From positions 6,054 to 70,053 of the IMG/VR virus record IMGVR_UViG_3300021560_000018: a DNA stretch of 64,000 nt; one strand, 5' to 3'. Of this stretch, positions 47,726-55,532 are shown piece by piece. A program made the position numbers and the translations under genes. The first letter of the stretch is position 1, and each line of letters starts with the position of its first letter. The notes beneath the pieces are model-generated. The model was not told where the DNA came from and made no database searches. It saw nothing but the letters and a program-made list of their open reading frames with translations. Source of the stretch: a virus.

Positions 47726-48535
47726 ATGCCAAGTCTCAAGCTGGACGACGAAGACTTTGACGTCGAGGGTCTGGAGAAAGCAGAATACAACGAGGACGAT
47801 CAGCGCGTTCCGTACCAGGGTCCGCAGCCGAAGAAGGGTACCGTGCTCACCGGCTTCCTCTCGAAGATCTGGTTCATCTACAACCGCAAGAACGACCCCA
47901 TGCTCAAGATCATCTTCGAGGCTGACGAGGACTCCGGTTTCGGCGGCCTGGAGATCTGGGACAACCTGACGCTGAACAAGGCTAGCAAGTTTCGGTGGCA
48001 GCCCTTCCTGAACGCCACCGGGCTGACTCTCCTCGACATCAAGAACCGCATGAAGTACGAGGGCGAGGAGAACGCCAAGCTGGGCTGGCCCGTCGTCAAG
48101 ATCGCGCGGTTGAAGGTCGGAGAGTCCGCGGTCATCAACATCCTAACCGACCGGAGCAAGGACAACGAAGGGGAGTGGCGGAACGACATCGCCAAGTACA
48201 TGCCGTACAAGCCCCTGGACCTCGACGAAGACGACGAGGATGAGGACGACGAGGAATACGAAGTTGAGGACGACGAGGAGGATGAAGACGAGGAAGTTGA
48301 GGAGGACGAAGAGGACGAAGAAGATGAGGAGGAAGAGGAGCCAGAACCCGCGCCGCGTCGGAAGACGGCCGCTAGGAGTAGGGGTACCCGGACGGCCGCG
48401 CGGCCGGTAGCTCGGAGCTCCGCCACGCGTAGCGGCAAGCCTACCCGTGCGGCCGGTAGCGGTAGGCCGAAGCCCTCGGCGAAACCAGCTGCGGGGAAGA
48501 AGCGCCGTGCGCACCCGGACGACCCGCCCTTCTGA
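47726..48535 (+). CDS. SSB-like protein: beta-rich N-domain, poly-acidic tract, basic tail ending DDPPF
   Basis: C-terminal HPDDPPF resembles the actinobacterial SSB tip (DDEPPF / DDDIPF class); follows the exonuclease and AAA_24 genes as in phage exo-Sak4-SSB recombination modules. Confidence 0.45.
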   Translation: MPSLKLDDEDFDVEGLEKAEYNEDDQRVPYQGPQPKKGTVLTGFLSKIWFIYNRKNDPMLKIIFEADEDSGFGGLEIWDNLTLNKASKFRWQPFLNATGLTLLDIKNRMKYEGEENAKLGWPVVKIARLKVGESAVINILTDRSKDNEGEWRNDIAKYMPYKPLDLDEDDEDEDDEEYEVEDDEEDEDEEVEEDEEDEEDEEEEEPEPAPRRKTAARSRGTRTAARPVARSSATRSGKPTRAAGSGRPKPSAKPAAGKKRRAHPDDPPF

Positions 48536-48581
48536 TCAGTTCCGGAACGGTCCGGTGTATCTGAGGCACGACGATTACCCC

Positions 48582-48713
48582 ATGGTCGCGGTTATCTACA
48601 AGCGCCGCGTTCACTGCCCTTACAAGGGATGCTTCAAGTCCTACCGTATGGGCCGAAAGAACAAGAACGGTTTCCGAAGACTCCGCTGGCACTACATCAA
48701 GAAGCACGGGTAG
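48582..48713 (+). CDS. small C2H2-like zinc-finger protein
   Basis: CPYKGC-x19-H-x4-H; 43 aa. Confidence 0.35.
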   Translation: MVAVIYKRRVHCPYKGCFKSYRMGRKNKNGFRRLRWHYIKKHG

Positions 48714-48825
48714 CGCTGAGACCCCTGGTCCGGCCGGGCTCTGTGAATCCTACGCACATTGGGTTCCGGTCCCCTTCCCGGTTGGACCAGGCTTCTGAAC
48801 GCTGCAGTCAATAAAGGAGGAATGG

Positions 48826-49131
48826 ATGGCTTACGAAAAGGGTACATTCAGGCCCGGACTCGCCTTTGAGGAGGATGTGTCGGTAACGCTACCGGCATGG
48901 GTCTGGATCTCATTCGCCGCCGCATTCTCGAGCTGCGAATGGGATAGCCCTTACGCTCGCGAGATCGTGAACGCATCGCACAAGGAGATCCTGAGCCCTC
49001 GCTTCCTGAGCGAACAAGAAGCTCAGATGCAGATGCAACGTGATCAGCAAGAAGCTATGCTCAAGAGGATGACTGGCCAGGGTGACGATAGCCCTGGCTT
49101 CCCGCCGTTCTTTGGAGGTCCATCAGCATGA
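48826..49131 (+). CDS. hypothetical protein
   Basis: RBS AAAGGAGGAATGG; 101 aa. Confidence 0.5.
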   Translation: MAYEKGTFRPGLAFEEDVSVTLPAWVWISFAAAFSSCEWDSPYAREIVNASHKEILSPRFLSEQEAQMQMQRDQQEAMLKRMTGQGDDSPGFPPFFGGPSA

Positions 49132-49286
49132 AGGACGGCAAGAAAGTCAGACCCCTGACCATACATGAGCGAACCTCCCGGTACACGAAGCAGCGTGGCA
49201 CCGGATTCCTTACTCCGGCACAACAGCGTCGCATCAGGCACAAGCATGGCAAACTACTAGCGGAAGCAAGAGGACAGGTGTCATGA
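49128..49286 (+). CDS. small basic protein
   Basis: 52 aa, ATGA coupling at both ends. Confidence 0.4.
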   Translation: MKDGKKVRPLTIHERTSRYTKQRGTGFLTPAQQRRIRHKHGKLLAEARGQVS

Positions 49287-50170
49287 AGGTTGCCGTCATC
49301 GGATGCGGCCCTGCCGGGCTAGCCGCTGCGCATGCGGCCGTCGGGCGTGGCTGTGACACGACAGTGATCGCACCAAAGGATATGACGCGTCAGGAGGGGC
49401 CACTCCTTCTCCAGCGTCCGATCCCCGGCATCAACACGGAGCATCCGGACGGCACAATTCACCAGATCGTCATCGGCGGTACTATCATGGACTACCGCTA
49501 CAAGCTGTACGGTGACGTCAACATCGGTATCAACGGTGACATCCTGAAGCCGCGCTACTACGCCTGGAAGCACCGCGAGACATACGAGAAGCTGTGGGAG
49601 AAGTACGAGCACCTTATCGTTGACCGCATGGTCACAAGGGACGAGCTGGCCGAGATGCACAACGAGTTCGATCTCGTAGTGAGTACTGCGTCCGCCCTGA
49701 CTATGTGCCGCAGAGATGTCGCGCACAACTTCCAGTTCAAGCGAGTGGCCATCACGCCGTGGGTGTCGATAAAGGATCAGCCAGAAAACACCTTGATCTT
49801 CAATGCCGACCCAAACGTACCCTGGGTGCGGAGTTCGCGCGTGTTCGGGGTGCCGGTTACCGAGTGGACCATCGACACCATGCCCCAGTACGCTCGGGTG
49901 ATCAAGAAACCTATAAGCACAGACTGCGATTGCTACCCGCATGTGCTACGTACCGGCCGCTTCGGCAAGTGGCAGAACGAGACCTGGATCGACACGGCCT
50001 ACTGGGACACCTACGAGGCCATTGACGGCCGGTCCACCGATCAGGACATAAGGAGGATCCTGGATGGAATTTGGACATTCGCAGGACAGGACGCCGGAGC
50101 CGTGCCAGATATGCACGGTGATCAACGACCGACGTTACAAGGAGATGACCGAACACGGCATCGTCTTTGA
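49283..50170 (+). CDS. FAD/NAD(P)-binding Rossmann-fold protein (oxidoreductase-like); 3' end uncertain
   Basis: N-terminal dinucleotide-binding motif KVAVIGCGPAGLAAAHAA; the tail overlaps the HIT gene by about 100 nt. Confidence 0.5.
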   Translation: MKVAVIGCGPAGLAAAHAAVGRGCDTTVIAPKDMTRQEGPLLLQRPIPGINTEHPDGTIHQIVIGGTIMDYRYKLYGDVNIGINGDILKPRYYAWKHRETYEKLWEKYEHLIVDRMVTRDELAEMHNEFDLVVSTASALTMCRRDVAHNFQFKRVAITPWVSIKDQPENTLIFNADPNVPWVRSSRVFGVPVTEWTIDTMPQYARVIKKPISTDCDCYPHVLRTGRFGKWQNETWIDTAYWDTYEAIDGRSTDQDIRRILDGIWTFAGQDAGAVPDMHGDQRPTLQGDDRTRHRL

Positions 50171-50480
50171 GCCAGACAACAAGGTAGGCGAGGGGCACCT
50201 GATCGTAGCCCCTCGCATTCACGTTCCGGACGCCCTGTCTAACCCGGTCATCACCGCGCAGGTGATGCGGCTCGCGACAATGCGGGCCAAGGCGCCATGC
50301 ACTATACTGTTCCCGATAGGCCCGGAGGCCCGTCAGGTTCAGCCCCACATGTACGCAATGATAATCCCCGCTGCGCTGGCGGAGGTATCTGTCAATAGGA
50401 AGGCAGAAAAAGGTGAGTCAGATGGGCCCAGGAAACAAACTGCCAAGCCCCGAAGGACGCCAAGAGACGAAGTCTGGTAG
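50064..50480 (+). CDS. HIT-family (histidine triad-like) hydrolase
   Basis: N-terminal CQICTV zinc motif, HLIVAPRIHV, His cluster QPHMYAMIIP; RBS GGAGGA. Confidence 0.45.
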   Translation: MEFGHSQDRTPEPCQICTVINDRRYKEMTEHGIVFEPDNKVGEGHLIVAPRIHVPDALSNPVITAQVMRLATMRAKAPCTILFPIGPEARQVQPHMYAMIIPAALAEVSVNRKAEKGESDGPRKQTAKPRRTPRDEVW

Positions 50481-50544
50481 GGAGCTGGCCCGCTTCGCCG
50501 ATGTTGCGATGTACGAGGCCGCACCCAACTCGCAGGCTGAGCGT

Positions 50545-51372
50545 GGCGAGATGGTCACCCCGAAGGTGACCGTCGTCCACATGACGCCTAATCCGCTCCG
50601 GGTTATGGCAGCTGCGGCACAGCTCTACTCCGGCATTCTGGTGACCGACCCGAACGACGTCACCGAGGAACAGTGCCGGCTATGGCTAGCCGACATGACC
50701 AAGACGGTACTCGCTGCTCCCCTGGAGTTCATCGATATCCACCTCTTCGTTGAGGGCGTCACCCGCGCGTTCACGCACCAGATGGTTAGGCAGCGTACTG
50801 CCGTGTACGTCCAGGAGAGCCAGAGGTTCGCGGTCAAGCGCAACGCAGCCCGCGAGGTGGCCTACCCTCCGAGCATCGCCGGGCTGAAGGAGGACCACCC
50901 CATGCGAGTGATCTGGGACCGAGCTGTAGCCCAGAACTCCTGGGCCTACAACGCTCTCGTCGATGGCGGCGTACCGGCCGAGGATGCCCGCGGTCTACTC
51001 GAGACCAACATAACCACTCGGATACATTACAAGACGAACCTTCGCAACCTGGTCGTCGAGGGCGGCAAGCGGCTCTGCTCGCAGGCCCAGTACGAGTGGA
51101 AGCAGTTCTGGCGCGAGGCCCTGGAGGCCATCTACCGCTACGGCCCAGACGAGGACCGCTGGCAGCAACATCTAATCGTCTCGCTTTTCAAGCCGGTATG
51201 CTACCGCACCGGTAAATGCGAGTTCATGGCGGCGACCGACAGGGCCTGCCGCATCCGAGAGCGCGTCGAGGCTTACCACCAGGCTGGTGTTCCGTCCAGC
51301 AACTGGTCGGGTATCGACCCGCGCGAAGCCCTACTGGAAGGAGCGGCCCGACTACGGCCGGAACATAAATGA
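50545..51372 (+). CDS. thyX: flavin-dependent thymidylate synthase ThyX
   Basis: ThyX signature ...GVTRAFTHQMVRQRTAVYVQESQRF... (RHR-x7-S-x-x-S-x-R class). Alternative upstream starts at GTG 50413 and ATG 50422. Confidence 0.7.
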   Translation, partial: GEMVTPKVTVVHMTPNPLRVMAAAAQLYSGILVTDPNDVTEEQCRLWLADMTKTVLAAPLEFIDIHLFVEGVTRAFTHQMVRQRTAVYVQESQRFAVKRNAAREVAYPPSIAGLKEDHPMRVIWDRAVAQNSWAYNALVDGGVPAEDARGLLETNITTRIHYKTNLRNLVVEGGKRLCSQAQYEWKQFWREALEAIYRYGPDEDRWQQHLIVSLFKPVCYRTGKCEFMAATDRACRIRERVEAYHQAGVPSSNWSGIDPREALLEGAARLRPEHK

Positions 51373-51710
51373 TATCCGAGAAGGTAGTAGAGGCTGTCGA
51401 TGAACATCTCGACGAAAAAGTCAGCTCTGTCTACAAGGAACAGCCTCTGGCCCAGCACTGGGCGAGGGTGGCCAAGGAGAAGGAGGAGCAAGGCGAAGCT
51501 ATCGCTGAGCTGATCCTAGCGACCGGGCAAAACCCCCGCAAGCCCGAAGACCAAGCCGCATACGAGCGTCTGCTAGATGAGCTAGCAGATAGGGCGCTGA
51601 CATCCATCTACGCCATTCAGCATTTCACCAAGGACACTCGGGTTACTCGCGAGGTGCTGGAGCGCTGCCAGAAGAAGCATTGCATGCGGCTACTAGGAGG
51701 CATGCCTTGA
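51369..51710 (+). CDS. hypothetical protein
   Basis: 113 aa, ATGA coupling. Confidence 0.45.
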   Translation: MISEKVVEAVDEHLDEKVSSVYKEQPLAQHWARVAKEKEEQGEAIAELILATGQNPRKPEDQAAYERLLDELADRALTSIYAIQHFTKDTRVTREVLERCQKKHCMRLLGGMP

Positions 51711-52411
51711 GGAGAACCACTAGTCCATACGTGGACGTTGCGGGTACATCCGGGCTGACTGACGCTGCCCTGAGGGTGGCTGAGCTAGCCCTGATGTTCG
51801 GACGTGTATACCGCGCCGAGACCTGCAGGCACCCTGACGGCGGACCGGAGTCCGATACCGATCACACCGTAATGCTTGCGTGGCTTGCTCCGGCACTAGC
51901 CTCAGCAACCGAGCCCAAGCTTGACCCGAACCTCGTGGCTGCCTTCGCTGCCGTCCACGATGCCGTCGAGGTATTCGCAGGAGACACCAACACTCTGCGT
52001 ATCTCGGAGGAGGGTCGGCGCAACAAGAAGCAGGCCGAGGCTGAGGCTCTATGGCGCTGGCGCGAGGAGTTCGCGACCGGCCTGACCTGGCTACCGAGCG
52101 TGATCGGGCGGTACGAAACCCAGGAGGAGCCAGAGGCTAGGTTCGTACGGGCGGTCGACAAGATTTGCCCGAAGTTCCTGCACGTGATCAATGTCGGCAG
52201 AGACATGGTCGGGTACAACATGGGCAGCAGGGAACTCACCGCTAACCTTACCCGGCAGCGTGAGGACATTGCCGTGTACGCCGGGGAGTTCAAGGGTGTG
52301 ATGGCGCTGTTCGACGAGATGGCCGACAGGGCCGTCATGGTAACCAGACAAACCGAGCAGACAAAGCAAGAGATAGAGGTGAACGGGCAGTCATGGCAGA
52401 GCAAGATCTGA
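51680..52411 (+). CDS. HD-domain phosphohydrolase (YfbR-like 5'-deoxynucleotidase candidate)
   Basis: H...HD motif (CRHPDGGPESDTDHTVMLAWLA) and a downstream Asp (AAVHDAVEVF). Confidence 0.6.
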   Translation: MHAATRRHALRRTTSPYVDVAGTSGLTDAALRVAELALMFGRVYRAETCRHPDGGPESDTDHTVMLAWLAPALASATEPKLDPNLVAAFAAVHDAVEVFAGDTNTLRISEEGRRNKKQAEAEALWRWREEFATGLTWLPSVIGRYETQEEPEARFVRAVDKICPKFLHVINVGRDMVGYNMGSRELTANLTRQREDIAVYAGEFKGVMALFDEMADRAVMVTRQTEQTKQEIEVNGQSWQSKI

Positions 52412-52983
52412 ACAAGCAGAACGACCTACTGGTCGGATCTGGTGTCTTCCCGCATCCCTTCTACCTGGAGGATCACATCAAGATCGCCATGGTGAAGGAC
52501 ATGAAGTTCCGGCCGACCATACCCGCGCTCGCCGGCAAGCTGCAGTCTCAGGGGAAGTTCGTCCAGCTCGGCGCAGGCAAGAAGCTGATTGCCGGCTGGG
52601 ACAATCTGGACTACCCGAAGTGGGACGCCCACGACGGCCTACCGTATGAGGACGAGTCGGTTGACGGCATCGCCTCGTACCACACCCTAGATCACCTTGA
52701 CTGTGTGATCCCGCTCCTCGCAGATATCCAGCGGGTACTCAAGCCGCGTGGCTGGTTCGTCAACATCGTGCCGCACTACTCCTCGGAGCTGTGGCACACC
52801 GACCTGACCCACAAGAGCCAGTTCGGCGTCGACACATGGCGCAATATCTTTAGCGAACGGCATTACGATCACGAGGCCGTCGAGGGCCACACCAAGTGGC
52901 GGCTCGGTATCGAGTTCAACATGATGATGGCGTTCACGGAGCGCAACGCCGTCCTCGTGACCAAGCTAGTCAAGGTGGCCTGA
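52393..52983 (+). CDS. class I SAM-dependent methyltransferase
   Basis: Motif I-like VQLGAGKK, motif II-like ESVDGIASYHTLDHL, post-III VLKPRGWFV. Confidence 0.6.
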   Translation: MAEQDLNKQNDLLVGSGVFPHPFYLEDHIKIAMVKDMKFRPTIPALAGKLQSQGKFVQLGAGKKLIAGWDNLDYPKWDAHDGLPYEDESVDGIASYHTLDHLDCVIPLLADIQRVLKPRGWFVNIVPHYSSELWHTDLTHKSQFGVDTWRNIFSERHYDHEAVEGHTKWRLGIEFNMMMAFTERNAVLVTKLVKVA

Positions 52984-53447
52984 TGGCGCGCGAACCGAAC
53001 CCAGAGCACATCGTCGAGGCCAGGGATCTCGGCGGCAACGGTGGCCCCTCGTACATGAGCGGTGTCGGAGGGCCATGGACGAACGGAGGCAACGACCATC
53101 TTGTCAAGCAAGCTCGCGACTACGCTGTCGAGTTCATGGAGGGCTGCGGCCTGAGCCCGACGCCGGATGCTATAGATCAGCTGGTGCGAGTATTCCTGCC
53201 CTGTCTCAAGATCATGTGCGAACGCGGGTACGAACCGGACGGCGGTACCTGGAGGGAATCCGGCAGGCTGGGCGCACTATCCGACGCCCGCAAGAAGTTC
53301 ATGCGGCTCTGGAACCAGGCCTGGAAGCACGGTCGGCACGACGATAAGGACCATGCCTTCGACTGCATCAACTTCCTCGGCTTCTACGTCAGGCATGACG
53401 TGGACCGCTGGGGAGAATGGGGCGAACCTGCCCCGCCAACCAACTAG
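52983..53447 (+). CDS. hypothetical protein
   Basis: 154 aa, ATGA coupling. Confidence 0.45.
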   Translation: MAREPNPEHIVEARDLGGNGGPSYMSGVGGPWTNGGNDHLVKQARDYAVEFMEGCGLSPTPDAIDQLVRVFLPCLKIMCERGYEPDGGTWRESGRLGALSDARKKFMRLWNQAWKHGRHDDKDHAFDCINFLGFYVRHDVDRWGEWGEPAPPTN

Positions 53448-53461
53448 CAGAAAGGGCTGAG

Positions 53462-54400
53462 ATGCCTGGATCACTCTGGCTGGCGATTTTCTTTGCGCTA
53501 GTCACGATTGGGCTGTTCTTCTACGTGAGGCGCATGAAGCCAATCGTGGCTGCGTACAACTCGAGAGCACGTAGCAGTAGAGAAGATCCGACCATGGCTC
53601 TAGTCATCGGTCGTGTCTGCATGTGGATCTTTGCAGGGTGTACCGTGCTGACCCTGTTCTTCTCGTCCTTCAACCCGGTCGGAACACAGAACATCGGGAT
53701 CGTGACCAGCTTCGGCAAGCCGGTGGGTCACCTCGGGCCTGGCCTGAACTTCACATGGCCATGGCAGCAGGTCACCCCGATGGACGAGGCCGTTCAGGTC
53801 ACCGACTACACCTTCGTGGTTCGTATCGCCGGCAGTCAGACCGCTGACGTGACGATCGCCGCCCGCTGGAAGGTCAACGCCGGTGCTTCCGACCACGTGT
53901 TCCTGAACTACAAGAACTCGACCTCGGGGGTCGAGAACGGTCTCCTGACTCCGGAGCTGAACGCTGCCACTAACGCAGTGCTGGACGGATACGACCCTCT
54001 AGCCCCGCTCGCTACCGGCGCGGCAGCTGGCACTCCAACCAACCCAACCACAACCCAGATGGCGGAGTCCATCCAGCAGAACCTTTCCCAGCGTGTCGGC
54101 TCCGATGTGACCATCATCACCCTGGTCATGAAGCCGCTCGTGTACGACAAGACGGTTCAGGCCCGGATCAACTCCGTGGTCAACCAGGCCGCGAAGACGG
54201 ACGTCGCGAAGCAGGCAATCATCACCGCTCAGAACCAGGCCGCGGCGAACAAGGCTCTGGCTGCCTCCGGAGCGCTGAACCCGATGGCCCTGGTCCAGCA
54301 GTGCATGAGTGCTATCTCTGATGGACAGCTCAACCCACCGGCAGGCTTCTCTTGCTGGCCCGGCCCGAACTCCGGGGTAGTCATCCCCGCGAGCAAGTAA
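53462..54400 (+). CDS. SPFH/band-7 (prohibitin/HflK-like) membrane protein
   Basis: N-terminal TM helix followed by an SPFH-like core and an Ala/Gln-rich coiled-coil tail. Confidence 0.55.
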   Translation: MPGSLWLAIFFALVTIGLFFYVRRMKPIVAAYNSRARSSREDPTMALVIGRVCMWIFAGCTVLTLFFSSFNPVGTQNIGIVTSFGKPVGHLGPGLNFTWPWQQVTPMDEAVQVTDYTFVVRIAGSQTADVTIAARWKVNAGASDHVFLNYKNSTSGVENGLLTPELNAATNAVLDGYDPLAPLATGAAAGTPTNPTTTQMAESIQQNLSQRVGSDVTIITLVMKPLVYDKTVQARINSVVNQAAKTDVAKQAIITAQNQAAANKALAASGALNPMALVQQCMSAISDGQLNPPAGFSCWPGPNSGVVIPASK

Positions 54401-54416
54401 CTGGAGCGAGAGCGTC

Positions 54417-55373
54417 GTGGATCTGGTTAAGAGCGTCAAGAAGCTGATGGAGTTCATTAACCTCCATCATCATACGACGTTCTCGTTCAAGGACGGCTAT
54501 GGTACCCCGGCTCGGCACGTACAGCGAGCCGCCGAGCTGGGGTACGCCGCCGTGACTGCTACGGAGCATGGCAATGTTTCTTCTTTCTTCCAGCTTGAGA
54601 AGGCTGCTGTCAAGGCGGGCATCAAACCCATCTTCGGACTCGAGGCATACACAGGATACATTGACGAGCAGTCTCGTAGCCAATACAAGTATCATCTCAC
54701 GATACTCGCTCGCAACCTGGACGGATACCGAAGTCTCAATCGAATCGTCACCCAGTCATACGTTGATTTCTATTTCTACCCAACTGTCTCTGGACAGAGC
54801 CTTGCTGACAACAGTGACGGTATCACCGTATTGTCTGGGTGCTCGGGGAGCCTTCTCGCATGCTCTCTCCTTGGCGGAAAAGGCACACCGGAGAGACTTG
54901 ACCGACCTGACTTCGAGGCAGCTGAAGCTGTCATCTACAGATTCAAGGAGTTGTTCGGCGAGCATTATTTCCTCGAGGTACAGCCCTTCTACGAACTCCC
55001 CAGAAGCTGCACCATGAACCAGGCGTACGTTAAGCTGAGCCGGATGACTGGTGTTCCGCTGGTTGTTACGCATGACGTACACTACCCGGAGATGAAGGAC
55101 GCGACCATGCAGGCTATCCTTCACGCCGCTGGGAGGGGTACCGGCTCTGTCGAGGACGCCATGCGTAGCTGGAACTACGACGTCCCATTGACGCTGCCCT
55201 CATCTGACCGGAAGCTTGCAGCGCGTCTAGAGAAGACAGGTCTTACTGCTAGGCAGGCCCGCGCCGCTATTGAGACCAGTAACTTTATCGGGAATGCATG
55301 TAGCGTAACCCTACCGAAAGCCGAGAGACTAAGGTACCCTATAGCCGAGAAGGACCTACGGCCGTGGGTGTAG
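54417..55373 (+). CDS. dnaE: DNA polymerase III alpha, N-terminal PHP-domain fragment
   Basis: FINLHHHTTFSFKDGYGTP...ATEHGN PHP signature; ends with TAG exactly where the DnaE core would begin. Confidence 0.8.
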   Translation: MDLVKSVKKLMEFINLHHHTTFSFKDGYGTPARHVQRAAELGYAAVTATEHGNVSSFFQLEKAAVKAGIKPIFGLEAYTGYIDEQSRSQYKYHLTILARNLDGYRSLNRIVTQSYVDFYFYPTVSGQSLADNSDGITVLSGCSGSLLACSLLGGKGTPERLDRPDFEAAEAVIYRFKELFGEHYFLEVQPFYELPRSCTMNQAYVKLSRMTGVPLVVTHDVHYPEMKDATMQAILHAAGRGTGSVEDAMRSWNYDVPLTLPSSDRKLAARLEKTGLTARQARAAIETSNFIGNACSVTLPKAERLRYPIAEKDLRPWV

Positions 55374-55385
55374 GAGGAATCTGAT

Positions 55386-55532
55386 ATGGGACTCAAGGTG
55401 TACATGCCCGCACCAGAGAAGAAGAAGGGTGCATGGTGGAGAATTATCCTGCTCTGGTGCATCAGCTCCTTCATCCTGGGCAGCGCGTATGACCTTGGCG
55501 TCTGGCTGCACACTGGACACTGGCCGTGGTAG
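55386..55532 (+). CDS. small membrane micro-ORF between the two dnaE pieces
   Basis: 48 aa, hydrophobic WWRIILLWCISSFILGSAY; in frame with the upstream PHP ORF, separated only by TAG plus 4 codons. Confidence 0.35.
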   Translation: MGLKVYMPAPEKKKGAWWRIILLWCISSFILGSAYDLGVWLHTGHWPW

